Virus record (IMG/VR): IMGVR_UViG_3300005274_000001
Coordinates: 32,001 to 96,000 of that record
Reading direction: 5' to 3' (one strand)
Origin: a virus
Length of the DNA: 64,000 bases
A program made the translations under genes and the position numbers. Shown in pieces: positions 49,677 to 58,402 of the stretch (position 1 is the stretch's first letter; each line of letters starts with the position of its first letter). The notes below the pieces were generated by a model that was not told where the DNA came from, ran no database searches, and worked only from the letters and a program-made list of their open reading frames with translations.

Positions 49677-50222
49677 TCAGAAAACTTCTTCTACTCTGCT
49701 AAAAATCAGAGATGCTTTTAAGGCATAGTAAAACTGCTTTGCCTCTTCTCTTGTTGGTTTAAGAAGTAAGTAATTTTCTGAGGTAAGTATTATCGCATTG
49801 CGCACGATTGCTTGTCTTAGAACTTCGTTTAGGTTTTCATTTATTTTTGCAGAAAACAAACCTAAATCTAATCTTTCAATGCAATCTCTTTGTCGTTTGT
49901 ATTCTACTTCTTGCAAATAAGAGTTTTCTAATTCAAAGCCTTTGATTCTGGTAAAGAATGTAGTTTGTGAATTTATTTTCTTATGCGAAGAAAATCTTTT
50001 AAATAGTTTTATCGCCTCGCTACTTTCTTTTAGCAAAAAAGTATCGTTTTTGCTGTTGTATTTAAAATCATCTTTTTTAAATTCCAACATTTTAGATTCG
50101 TCAACAAAAGAACTGTCTATCAATTCTTCTTCTGGTTTATCTTCAGAGGAATAACCGAGATAAAAGGATAGTGTGAAATCCTCTATCTCATAAGGATAAA
50201 TGTTTTTCACTTTAAAAGACAT
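49677..50222 (-). CDS. EVF-tail family protein
   Basis: IYPYEI N-term, ends EEVF. Confidence 0.8.
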   Translation of the reverse strand: MSFKVKNIYPYEIEDFTLSFYLGYSSEDKPEEELIDSSFVDESKMLEFKKDDFKYNSKNDTFLLKESSEAIKLFKRFSSHKKINSQTTFFTRIKGFELENSYLQEVEYKRQRDCIERLDLGLFSAKINENLNEVLRQAIVRNAIILTSENYLLLKPTREEAKQFYYALKASLIFSRVEEVF

Positions 50223-50784
50223 CTTTGCACCTCTCAAAAACAAGTGTTACTCTAAACAGATTTTTTGAGTACAATGTACCTTTTCTGGTTTTTTGTTTGT
50301 GTTTGTAGGAAAAATAAGATATAACTTCAAACTCATTGGCTTCAAAGCGAAATGCTTTAGGCAATCCTTGTACAATGTATTTGTTTATGTTTTCACTAAG
50401 AATATAAAGTGAAAATTCCTCTGTTGGAACTTTCATTTGCAGCAGTTCGTGTTCGTCTACGTATTCCGATGTTGAAGGACATGTCATTTCAAAGTAAAAG
50501 AACTGGTCTTTAACAGACCTTTTGTTTCCTGAGGAATAATCTTTGATGAAGTCTTCAAACATGTCATAAATTTTTCCTCTTTTCTCTAAGACAAACAAAT
50601 TTCTTTTTTCGTCAAAATCAATAATATTTTTCCCTAGCTCTATGTAGCTATCAATAGCGCCAAGTTTCACATACTCGTTTTTGATTATTAAATAAAGATT
50701 TGAAAACAGCTCAATTTTTGCGTTTGCAAGAGTGAAAGGAAAAAAGTTAGAAATTTCAATCGCATGATTTTTTTTCTTCTTCAT
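50212..50784 (-). CDS. EVF-tail family protein
   Basis: FFPFTL N-term, ends KDVF; GGAGGTG SD. Confidence 0.8.
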   Translation of the reverse strand: MKKKKNHAIEISNFFPFTLANAKIELFSNLYLIIKNEYVKLGAIDSYIELGKNIIDFDEKRNLFVLEKRGKIYDMFEDFIKDYSSGNKRSVKDQFFYFEMTCPSTSEYVDEHELLQMKVPTEEFSLYILSENINKYIVQGLPKAFRFEANEFEVISYFSYKHKQKTRKGTLYSKNLFRVTLVFERCKDVF

Positions 50785-50825
50785 GCTCACCTCCTCAGAA
50801 GAGATCATCTCAGAAGAGATCATCT

Positions 50826-51344
50826 CTAGAATGGATCATCTCTAACTATACGAATTGTCATTTCTAAATTCGTTTTTAGATCAGTTTCGTAATTACTATC
50901 TACTGAGTCATAAGTTAGGTAAAACGACCAAGAAATCTCATGAAAGGTAGGAACTTCCTTTATTGTTTTCTCAACAATTCTTTTCAAGACCAACTTAATG
51001 TTTAAAAAGTTCAAATCCTCAATTTTGTAGAAAACTGGTTCAAATTGATAAAAATCTCTATCTGGTCGATTTGATAAAGGATCCTTAGTATAAAAGTAGA
51101 CAGAGTAGAAAGAGTAAGCATTAAAACTAAATCTCGCTAGTTCTTCTTTCTGCTTCAAAAGTTTCAAGTGATTAACCTCTTTAGTTATCCTCTTATGAAG
51201 CAAATTGAAAGCATTGATAACTTCAGAGAGATTTGAAGTGTATAGATAGTAGTTTTCATGAGATGATTCGCTGTCTTTGCACCTAGCAAATCTATCATAA
51301 GTAAGCTTTGCGCTATGTACTTTTGCGTAGCTCGTCAACTTCAT
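50826..51344 (-). CDS. EVF-tail family protein
   Basis: 172 aa, ends DDPF. Confidence 0.8.
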   Translation of the reverse strand: MKLTSYAKVHSAKLTYDRFARCKDSESSHENYYLYTSNLSEVINAFNLLHKRITKEVNHLKLLKQKEELARFSFNAYSFYSVYFYTKDPLSNRPDRDFYQFEPVFYKIEDLNFLNIKLVLKRIVEKTIKEVPTFHEISWSFYLTYDSVDSNYETDLKTNLEMTIRIVRDDPF

Positions 51345-51509
51345 TGCTCACCTCCTCCTATAGTCTAGGCGCTAAAAGGCGTTTTGTCAAGGGGGGGCTA
51401 TATTTTGTACTAGGAAAGCGTAGCAAGGCTTTTATCTTTAATGCAAATCTTGTTTAAGCATTTTAGGTGGTACACTATTACCTAAGTCTGGAGGGACAAA
51501 CAAACAACG

Positions 51510-52025
51510 CTAGAAAACCTCATTACCCTTCTTGTATTCAAACTTCACTACAAGAAGTTTTTCTATGCTTTCAACTTCTTTGTTTGCTAGTAGTCTTTGT
51601 AGAAGCGTAGGAAACTTGATGATAGCTGCATTAAAGCGAAAATAGTAAGTAATGCTCTCCATTCCTTCTCTTAGAGCTTTTATTGTGATAGGTTTTCCAA
51701 ATAGGTTTATCATTGAAGCGAATTCGTTTTCATTAAAGTTTGCAATTATGTCGTTTTCTTTCTCAATGTAAATCGGCAGAGAAACTAGTTTGTAAGATGA
51801 GAACATTAAATAGGAGAACTCAAAAAGTGATTCTATTTTTACTGATTTGGGCTTTGCAAAAAAATCTTTCTTAAAATCTTGCAAATAGTTTTTAACTTCT
51901 TTACAAAAATCGTAAAAATCAAAGAATTCTTCATAAGAAGATTTATGCACAATTTTCTTACCTCTTTCTTCTTTGTAGATAATTGATATCGAACTTAGAG
52001 AGTAGGGAAGAAAAGCTTTAAGCAT
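51510..52025 (-). CDS. EVF-tail family protein
   Basis: FLPYSL N-term, ends NEVF. Confidence 0.8.
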   Translation of the reverse strand: MLKAFLPYSLSSISIIYKEERGKKIVHKSSYEEFFDFYDFCKEVKNYLQDFKKDFFAKPKSVKIESLFEFSYLMFSSYKLVSLPIYIEKENDIIANFNENEFASMINLFGKPITIKALREGMESITYYFRFNAAIIKFPTLLQRLLANKEVESIEKLLVVKFEYKKGNEVF

Positions 52026-52159
52026 GTTCCTCTCCTCTGCATTACCTTTCTTACTTACTTTAAAGTAACCCAGGGCGTGGTACACTATTACCTAAGTCTG
52101 GAAGATGACTACTAACAACAAAAGATAAACAACTTCTTTTGTTGTAAACACTCACGTCC

Positions 52160-52657
52160 TCAAAACAAGGTATTAAAATCAAATGAAGCTTCTATGCGCA
52201 AATCTTGTGAAAGTGTCGTTTCATTGATTTTTAACTCGACAAAAGATACAAAGAAAACATTGAGTGTTTTTTCTTCTTTAATCGCATATTTATAGCGTTT
52301 ATTTATCTCACGCTGCATTAGGCTAAAAATCTTTTGTTCACTAAATTCTTCTAGACTAAGAAATCTTTTTCTTAAGCGTTTTCTTAGCTCTTTGTAAGGC
52401 ATATCAAAATAGTAATCATTTGCTAATGAGGATACAATTGTAAAGCGTCCTAATTCGAAAAAAGGAGATTTGAAAAATCTTTTTAGAATCTCAAAGTTTC
52501 TTGAAAAATCAGTAAACGCTTTATCAAAGAATTCGCTTCTTTCTTCTTCAAAAAACTCAGTCTTCCTAGTTGAAAGAAGGCTGTCGTTAATCAAATATTC
52601 TTTTAAAAACCTCAGACTTTTAGGTTTTTGTAGTGAAAAAAGCTCTTCGATGTTCAT
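52160..52657 (-). CDS. EVF-tail family protein (paralog of 53710-54216)
   Basis: 165 aa, ends NTLF; KRF..S..F..G.F, EEFSE.K shared. Confidence 0.8.
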   Translation of the reverse strand: MNIEELFSLQKPKSLRFLKEYLINDSLLSTRKTEFFEEERSEFFDKAFTDFSRNFEILKRFFKSPFFELGRFTIVSSLANDYYFDMPYKELRKRLRKRFLSLEEFSEQKIFSLMQREINKRYKYAIKEEKTLNVFFVSFVELKINETTLSQDLRIEASFDFNTLF

Positions 52658-52665
52658 GTTTTCAC

Positions 52666-53136
52666 CTAAAAGACTTCTTTTCTTTCTAAATTAGCTTCTA
52701 CTTCTAGAACAACTTTGTCAAGGTTTCTTGTTAGATAATTTAGCTCTATAAAAATTGTTATTGCAGAAACTTCTTTTTCGTTCTTAAGCGCTTTGTTATA
52801 AATTTGACTAATGTTTTCTTCAATAACTCTTAAAACTGTTTTAGGATTAACAAAGGAAGTATTTTTAACACCTATGTCTTCGAATCTAGGTGTTCCAGCT
52901 TTTGTATTTGTAATCAACGCATAGTTAATCTTTAAAATGTCTTGTACGACATCACCTTCAGAATTTTTTACTTGCTTATAATATTTTGAAACAAAACTTC
53001 TAAGGTGCTTATAAAAGTCGTTAGCCTTTTCTTCTTTCAATATTTTTTTAAATGAAAAATTGTTTTCTTCACCTTTTGAGTTTTTAAAGTATTCGAAGTT
53101 AAACTTCGCTTTTGTGAATTCAAAAGGCGCTAGCAT
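52666..53136 (-). CDS. EVF-tail family protein
   Basis: 156 aa, MLAPFEF start, ends KEVF; leaderless. Confidence 0.8.
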   Translation of the reverse strand: MLAPFEFTKAKFNFEYFKNSKGEENNFSFKKILKEEKANDFYKHLRSFVSKYYKQVKNSEGDVVQDILKINYALITNTKAGTPRFEDIGVKNTSFVNPKTVLRVIEENISQIYNKALKNEKEVSAITIFIELNYLTRNLDKVVLEVEANLERKEVF

Positions 53137-53200
53137 AGCTTGATGCTAGCACGACAGGCTAAGCGTGTCAACTTGGCGCACTATTATCTGGGTCTGGAAA

Positions 53201-53698
53201 CTATAAGATGTCGTAATAGTAGACAACCTCTAGTGATGCGTAGTAATTCCTATGAGGTGTGTAGTAATTCCTATGAGGATGGCCTTTAGTGAGCATTAAA
53301 GAAACGAGAATATAGTCTTTTTTACCAACACCTTTTAATTTTAAAAACTTTGATAATGTTTTATCTCTCTCTTTGATGATTGTATTAAACACCTTTTTAG
53401 GATTTATATCGTATCCCAAAATTTTAATTTTTTCTGCAAAGTCTTCTTGTTTAATATTATTATTAATTGTCAAATAGAAAGGTTCCTCTTCTTTGCTTTC
53501 AAAACTTTTTTCGATGTCGATTGTTTGTTTTATAAACTTTAACATTAATTGATTTGCTCTTTTTTCTAACTCTAACGCTTCAGTATTTTTGTTGAAAGTA
53601 AATTTGTATTTATTCTCTAAAGCTTTTAAGAGTTCTTTTGATGCACCCAAAGGCTCTTGCAAGTAGAAAATTTCGATTTCTCTGAGTTTCAGTTTCAT
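53201..53698 (-). CDS. EVF-tail-like protein
   Basis: Ends YDIL. Confidence 0.75.
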   Translation of the reverse strand: MKLKLREIEIFYLQEPLGASKELLKALENKYKFTFNKNTEALELEKRANQLMLKFIKQTIDIEKSFESKEEEPFYLTINNNIKQEDFAEKIKILGYDINPKKVFNTIIKERDKTLSKFLKLKGVGKKDYILVSLMLTKGHPHRNYYTPHRNYYASLEVVYYYDIL

Positions 53699-53709
53699 CG
53701 CTTCCCCCT

Positions 53710-54216
53710 TCAAAAAACGCCATGTAGAGAGTAGTGCATTTTTAAAAATAGCTTTTTTACAACCAAAGATTTCTTTATCTTTAATGAAACGAAGAATATA
53801 GATTCTACTGATAGATTCTCTTGGTTTATTAAGGCTTTTCTATATTTTTTGTAAAAAGCTTCTTCTACTAAACGCATAAATTTCTCTTCACTAAATTCTT
53901 CAATTCTATAAACTCTTTCAGGAAATCTAGTTAGCAAGCTTTTTTCTTCTCTATAAATATCAAAGTATTCTTCAGAAATATTACATAAAGAAAAAACAAC
54001 AAAATAACCTTTGTAAAAATATTTTGACGACACAAATCTTTTGACAATGTTTAAGTGTTTCAAAAATATGTCGTTAAAATTTTTAATTTCTTCTTCTTGG
54101 GAATTGTAATAATATTTACGCTTTCTAGCTTTAGTAAACACCTGTTTGACGAAGTGTTCAGTTGACACTTCTACGAAAAATATTTCGTGTGTTTTAATTA
54201 AGTCTTCAATGCGCAT
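53710..54216 (-). CDS. EVF-tail family protein
   Basis: 168 aa, ends HGVF. Confidence 0.8.
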   Translation of the reverse strand: MRIEDLIKTHEIFFVEVSTEHFVKQVFTKARKRKYYYNSQEEEIKNFNDIFLKHLNIVKRFVSSKYFYKGYFVVFSLCNISEEYFDIYREEKSLLTRFPERVYRIEEFSEEKFMRLVEEAFYKKYRKALINQENLSVESIFFVSLKIKKSLVVKKLFLKMHYSLHGVF

Positions 54217-54222
54217 AGCACC

Positions 54223-54741
54223 TCAAAAACTAGGAAGAACAATGTCATTTATGTCTATAGTGTAAGGAGGTCTTAAAGAGAAAATGTGTTCTATTTCTAC
54301 TAGACAAACTTTTTCGACTTTTTTTATTTCAAAAACTATTCTTGACATTATGGAGATTGGGTAATTGTTTAAGCTTTTAATATTTCTGCTCAGTTCGTTT
54401 AGTGTTTTTTCTGTGTTTTCAATCATTTCGCAAGCTTTTTCTCTGAGAAAAAATGACATATTCTTTTTCTTCTCTGACAGAGTTTCATCATTTTTTAAGC
54501 TTTTTATATCTTTGAAATAAAGCTTTGTCCTTCCTAAAGCATAGCCTCTATAGTTAACAAACATATAAATAGAGATTGTTTTTACATCTTGTTTTAGTGA
54601 TTTTAATACAAAACTGTCAAGCGCTTTAATCAGTTTATCTTTTTCGTTTGCAGAAAAGACGATATTTGAAGTATCTGTGTAGCTAAAGAAAGATTTGTAT
54701 ATTCCCTTTTTCGTAGTTAAATGAAGCTTTTCTAGCCTCAT
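54223..54741 (-). CDS. EVF-tail-like protein
   Basis: Ends LPSF. Confidence 0.75.
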   Translation of the reverse strand: MRLEKLHLTTKKGIYKSFFSYTDTSNIVFSANEKDKLIKALDSFVLKSLKQDVKTISIYMFVNYRGYALGRTKLYFKDIKSLKNDETLSEKKKNMSFFLREKACEMIENTEKTLNELSRNIKSLNNYPISIMSRIVFEIKKVEKVCLVEIEHIFSLRPPYTIDINDIVLPSF

Positions 54742-54870
54742 CTCTTCTCCCCCAGAAGACACCATAGAACACAAACCTTAGGCTGTCAAGCGTTGGTACA
54801 CTATTATAAGTCTGGAAGGTGTAGAAGAATGACGCTTGAAGATTGAAGGTCTATATGCTAGTATATAGCT

Positions 54871-55407
54871 ATGCAGACGCAAGGAGGTTGGCTTTTTGAT
54901 AAATCTGTTTTCTTAAGAAGAGCCTTTACACGTTATTTGTATGTTGACAGTAATAATGTGGCTCACAATTACCAAGAAGAAATTGAAAACTTAGAAGGAT
55001 TAGAAAATATTGTTCAATTGGCAAAAGAAAAATTAAAAGAATACGAAAAAGAATTAAGAGAAGCGATTATGTTTGGATTAAAAATTGAAGAAAATTTTCA
55101 ATTAATTGCTATAGCAAACTTTTATAAAGCATCAGTAAGGCATCAGTATTATAAAAAATTAACTCTTAACGAAGCGATGTCTTTTTCTTTTAGAGATGCA
55201 ATCGATGAGGCTATATCTCACTTCTTGAGATTTTGTGAAATTGAAGATTTATCGTTGATTTTAAGTTTAAGTTTTCCTTTTTTATCAGCATATAAATCTC
55301 TATGCAGTTCTGGAAATTACAATTGCTATGCGTTAATTCCTGACCCTCCGCAACTCTTTCACATTATCGCTGAATTTTTGGTTGATAAAAATTTACTTGT
55401 TTTTTAG
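54871..55407 (+). CDS. EVF-tail-like protein in inverted orientation
   Basis: 178 aa, ends LLVF; TTGAAG-17-TAGTAT-6nt-ATG leaderless promoter. Confidence 0.75.
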   Translation: MQTQGGWLFDKSVFLRRAFTRYLYVDSNNVAHNYQEEIENLEGLENIVQLAKEKLKEYEKELREAIMFGLKIEENFQLIAIANFYKASVRHQYYKKLTLNEAMSFSFRDAIDEAISHFLRFCEIEDLSLILSLSFPFLSAYKSLCSSGNYNCYALIPDPPQLFHIIAEFLVDKNLLVF

Positions 55408-56039
55408 AATGTTTCTTTTATCTCAGCAAACAAGGAGTAGTTGAACAAATTTGGCTTGCTCAAAATTTTTATCATTTCCTTAGTATGTTTGTCAAGTGTT
55501 TTAGCGTTTATCTTTTTTGCACCTACCGAATAAAGATTTGATGAAGTTTCTTCTTCATGAAAATCTAACCAAAAATCAAACTTAAATTGAAAGGAAATTT
55601 TTGACATTAGACCAAACTTTTTAAGAAAATAAAGCGTTGATCTTTCTAATTCTCTTTTGAGGGACAAAGAGGGTATTTTAGAAAGTTTATATTCCTTTTT
55701 CCAATTAAAACCTTTAGCACCTTCATAGAAAGCTAAGGCGTTGAGTTCTAAGACTTCATAAACAATAACCCTTCTTAGCGTGCTTCCACTTTGATTGTTT
55801 ATTAGTTGTTGTATATTATTTAGCCCACTAGTGAACAATTTAACTCTATCTTTGGCGAGATGAAAAAAGTTTTTCACTTCTTCAAACACATCATAATCGT
55901 TTGAAAAGTAGTGAATCAATTTTACTTCATTAAGCTCATTAGTTTCCTTTTTACTTTTTGTCTTATCAAAGTAGCGTATATAGACTGAGCCTCTTGTAAA
56001 GCTTAGTATGTCAAAGGCGCTAAAGGACACTTTAAGCAC
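55404..56039 (-). CDS. EVF-tail family protein
   Basis: 211 aa, ends KETF. Confidence 0.8.
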   Translation of the reverse strand: MLKVSFSAFDILSFTRGSVYIRYFDKTKSKKETNELNEVKLIHYFSNDYDVFEEVKNFFHLAKDRVKLFTSGLNNIQQLINNQSGSTLRRVIVYEVLELNALAFYEGAKGFNWKKEYKLSKIPSLSLKRELERSTLYFLKKFGLMSKISFQFKFDFWLDFHEEETSSNLYSVGAKKINAKTLDKHTKEMIKILSKPNLFNYSLFAEIKETF

Positions 56040-56152
56040 CCCCTTTTCTGTTTGCCCAGCTTAGTGTATGAGCACAAGCCTGTCAAGCCTCTATTTAAAA
56101 GAAAATCTTGTTTAAGCGAAGAGAATTTCTTCGCTAAGGCGTTGGTACACTA

Positions 56153-56689
56153 TTATAAGTCTGGAAGGTCTAGTAGAGGTTGCCTAAAGTCTACAGCTTT
56201 GTACTCTAGTTTGAAGGTAGAACTATGCAGAATTTTGTATTTCGACTTTTCGTGAACTAATTGGCTAATAACGAACTCGAATCTAGTTAAAGGAATTCCT
56301 GGTCTTAATCTGAAGAATTCAATTAATGATTCTATCGAATCCTCGATGAAAAAATAAAACGCATTTTTTATTCTCTTCTCACTTGGTGTTATTAGTCTTA
56401 TAAATTCGTGAGGTTTAGACATCTCTAAATCCAACTTGTATTCTTTATTTTTTCTTAACTCATAAGCGTCTATACTTTTTGAGAGTCTAAATTCAAAGTC
56501 TTTGTTAATTATAGCTTTTGCTAATACCTTTTCTATCAATCTCTCTAAAGAATTTTTACTTTTTGTTGGCATTTTAGTTAAATAGTGAAACCTTACTTCT
56601 TTAGAATCTTTCTCATTGCAGTACTCATAGTTTACTTCTATCTGCCTAAGCAGAAAAAGCTGCTTGTTCACTCTAATGAGTTCTCTCAT
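56153..56689 (-). CDS. EVF-family-like protein; C-terminus reads into the 26-bp repeat
   Basis: 178 aa, ends LPDL encoded by the repeat. Confidence 0.75.
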   Translation of the reverse strand: MRELIRVNKQLFLLRQIEVNYEYCNEKDSKEVRFHYLTKMPTKSKNSLERLIEKVLAKAIINKDFEFRLSKSIDAYELRKNKEYKLDLEMSKPHEFIRLITPSEKRIKNAFYFFIEDSIESLIEFFRLRPGIPLTRFEFVISQLVHEKSKYKILHSSTFKLEYKAVDFRQPLLDLPDL

Positions 56690-56698
56690 CTTTAAATC

Positions 56699-57199
56699 CT
56701 ACATCGTTTCGTTTTTGAAATATGTTACAAACCAAATAACATATTCGAAGTTTGCAACAATTCTCTGTGTAAGGCAAATTTTCAAAACTTTGTTTTTATA
56801 TATACAATTCGCAAATTGATAGTTTGTAATTATTTCTTCTATTCTTTCAAAGAGAATTTTTGATAGATCTATTTTGCTAGCGTCTTCAATGAATTCTCTA
56901 TTTGAGCCTAAAAGATTCGTCAAATCTTTTATTCTTTTTTTCTTTTTTCTTTGCGCTTCAATTTCAATGCGATTAGTAATTAGGACATCTAAATTTTCTT
57001 TTTTAATTTCTTTGAATGTTTTAGCAAGAAACTTCTTTACAGCTTCAAAGTTCTCTGAAGAAAAGTGTTTTTGTTGGTTGAACATTTCGCTTGTAGAGCC
57101 ATTAAAATCAATTCTTCTATAAATGCTAACTTTATACTGTTGAAGCGAAAATTTTTGATGACCAAAATCCTTGTTGTAAAAAAGAAGTTCTTTTTTCAT
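56699..57199 (-). CDS. EVF-tail-like protein
   Basis: Ends NETM; GAGGTG SD. Confidence 0.75.
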   Translation of the reverse strand: MKKELLFYNKDFGHQKFSLQQYKVSIYRRIDFNGSTSEMFNQQKHFSSENFEAVKKFLAKTFKEIKKENLDVLITNRIEIEAQRKKKKRIKDLTNLLGSNREFIEDASKIDLSKILFERIEEIITNYQFANCIYKNKVLKICLTQRIVANFEYVIWFVTYFKNETM

Positions 57200-57207
57200 C
57201 CTACACC

Positions 57208-57630
57208 TCATGTGTAATCTTTGAACATCTCCTCTTCTAACGCTCTTTTAAACTCCTCTTTAGTGAGCGTTGTAATCTTTCCTTCTTCAAAAAAGTGAAT
57301 GCGTTTAAAGTCTAGCTCATTTAATATACTTGCGCAATACAAACAGGGCCTAGTGTTTTTCAGAAGGCTTTTTCTGTAGCCAAAAACAAAAATATCACTA
57401 GGATAGAAACGCTCCTTTTTAGCTTTGTGAAAAAAGTCTAACTCAGCGTGAAGCGCTGCAAAATTAGGATAATCGTATTTAACTTGTTTGCTAACGATGT
57501 ATTTATTTTCGCCAATTAAAATTTCCTTTTTACTAATACCAACACAATACATCTTTACTTTGCCTTTTGGTGTATTCGTTTCTCTTTCCAATAAAATATT
57601 CATTAACCTAAGTAAACGCTCAACCCTCAT
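57208..57630 (-). CDS. Zn-dependent cytidine/nucleotide deaminase-fold protein
   Basis: LHAE and RPCLYC motifs; leaderless start 57630. Confidence 0.8.
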   Translation of the reverse strand: MRVERLLRLMNILLERETNTPKGKVKMYCVGISKKEILIGENKYIVSKQVKYDYPNFAALHAELDFFHKAKKERFYPSDIFVFGYRKSLLKNTRPCLYCASILNELDFKRIHFFEEGKITTLTKEEFKRALEEEMFKDYT

Positions 57631-57637
57631 GTAAGGC

Positions 57638-57680
57638 ATAATAGCATGAGCTTGACAGGCTGTCAATCGCTTGCTATGAT
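57638..57680. promoter_or_regulatory. Overlapping palindromic divergent promoters
   Basis: TTGACAG-G-CTGTCAA palindrome; + TTGACA-17-TATGAT and - TTGACA-17-TATTAT. Confidence 0.85.
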
Positions 57681-57700
57681 GAGGAATGCAATGAGGGGAG

Positions 57701-58402
57701 GTGTCTTTCGTGCTAAAGGTTTGCGCATTGGACCTAGGCTCAAGAAGGCAGGTTGCAGTAAAAGGAGTGATTGATGACGATATTCTGAGAATTAAGGACT
57801 ACAAATATACTTACATTGAAGAGGAAAACATAAAAGAGAAAATTAAAAAGCTAAATGAGTTTTTAGAGAAGAATGTTTTAAGCGAGGAGTTTGATTTTGT
57901 GATTTTAGAAAAAAAATTTAAGAGCACAAAAAAGACAAAATTAAAGGTATCGCATTCAGAATACAAAGCTTTTGTAATGCTAAATGAACACGCAAAAAAT
58001 AAACTTTTAAGCGAAGGCATTAATCTGTTGACTGTAGTGTCAAGCAACATTGAAGCTTTTTTTGTAAACTCAAAAAGAAGCAACTACTTTGTTCCTGGTT
58101 GGAAGCAAGTTCTTACTGGTATTAATAAACCTTCAGATAAGGACATTGAAGAAGCATTAAAAACTTTGTTAAAAGAAGGAAAAATTGTATACGAAGCAAA
58201 CACAAGTGAACTGACGCAAAATAAAAAAAGGTTTTATGTAGACTTTAATGACGCTGTAGGAATGCTTTATGCGTATATTCTAAGGCCAGAAATTTTTGTT
58301 TTAGAGGAGGCACCAAAAGAAGATGATGACAACAAAAATGACTTCTACGATGAGATTACAAAAGAGCTGCTAGAAAAATTTCTTGGCCCAATAGTGTCTT
58401 GA
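57701..58402 (+). CDS. RuvC-like (RNase H fold) Holliday junction resolvase/nuclease
   Basis: ALDLGS, VILEK, PGWK, DFNDAVG catalytic pattern. Confidence 0.65.
   Translation: MSFVLKVCALDLGSRRQVAVKGVIDDDILRIKDYKYTYIEEENIKEKIKKLNEFLEKNVLSEEFDFVILEKKFKSTKKTKLKVSHSEYKAFVMLNEHAKNKLLSEGINLLTVVSSNIEAFFVNSKRSNYFVPGWKQVLTGINKPSDKDIEEALKTLLKEGKIVYEANTSELTQNKKRFYVDFNDAVGMLYAYILRPEIFVLEEAPKEDDDNKNDFYDEITKELLEKFLGPIVS

Larger units (their letters stand above)
29447..56086 (-). promoter_or_regulatory. Series of ~27 early sigma70-type promoters
   Basis: TTGACA/TTGACY/TTGCCW-17 nt (one 18)-TAnnnT with -35 at ~29470, 29955, 30591, 30974, 31308, 31702, 32079, 33574, 34145, 34912, 35451, 35858, 36969, 37737, 39481, 40687, 41332, 44311, 45970, 47557, 48546, 49065, 49666, 51385, 53166, 54784, 56081. 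Confidence 0.9.
49071..56169. repeat. Six dispersed copies of a 26-28 bp motif GTTGGTACACTATTA(TA/CCTA)AGTCTGGAA
   Basis: Copies at ~49073, 51467, 52077, 53173 (variant), 54792, 56141. Confidence 0.85.

Noticed and set aside
29470-51400. Poly-G/C runs next to many -35 boxes as phase-variation tracts
   Set aside because: Runs lie outside the -35/-10 spacer, so length change would not alter spacing; more likely simple promoter context
53239-53279. 21-bp in-frame duplication (HRNYY x2)
   Set aside because: Simple slippage duplication with no further structure
49071-56169. CRISPR array formed by the 26-bp repeats
   Set aside because: Copies are 0.6-2.4 kb apart with genes between; no spacers, leader or cas genes
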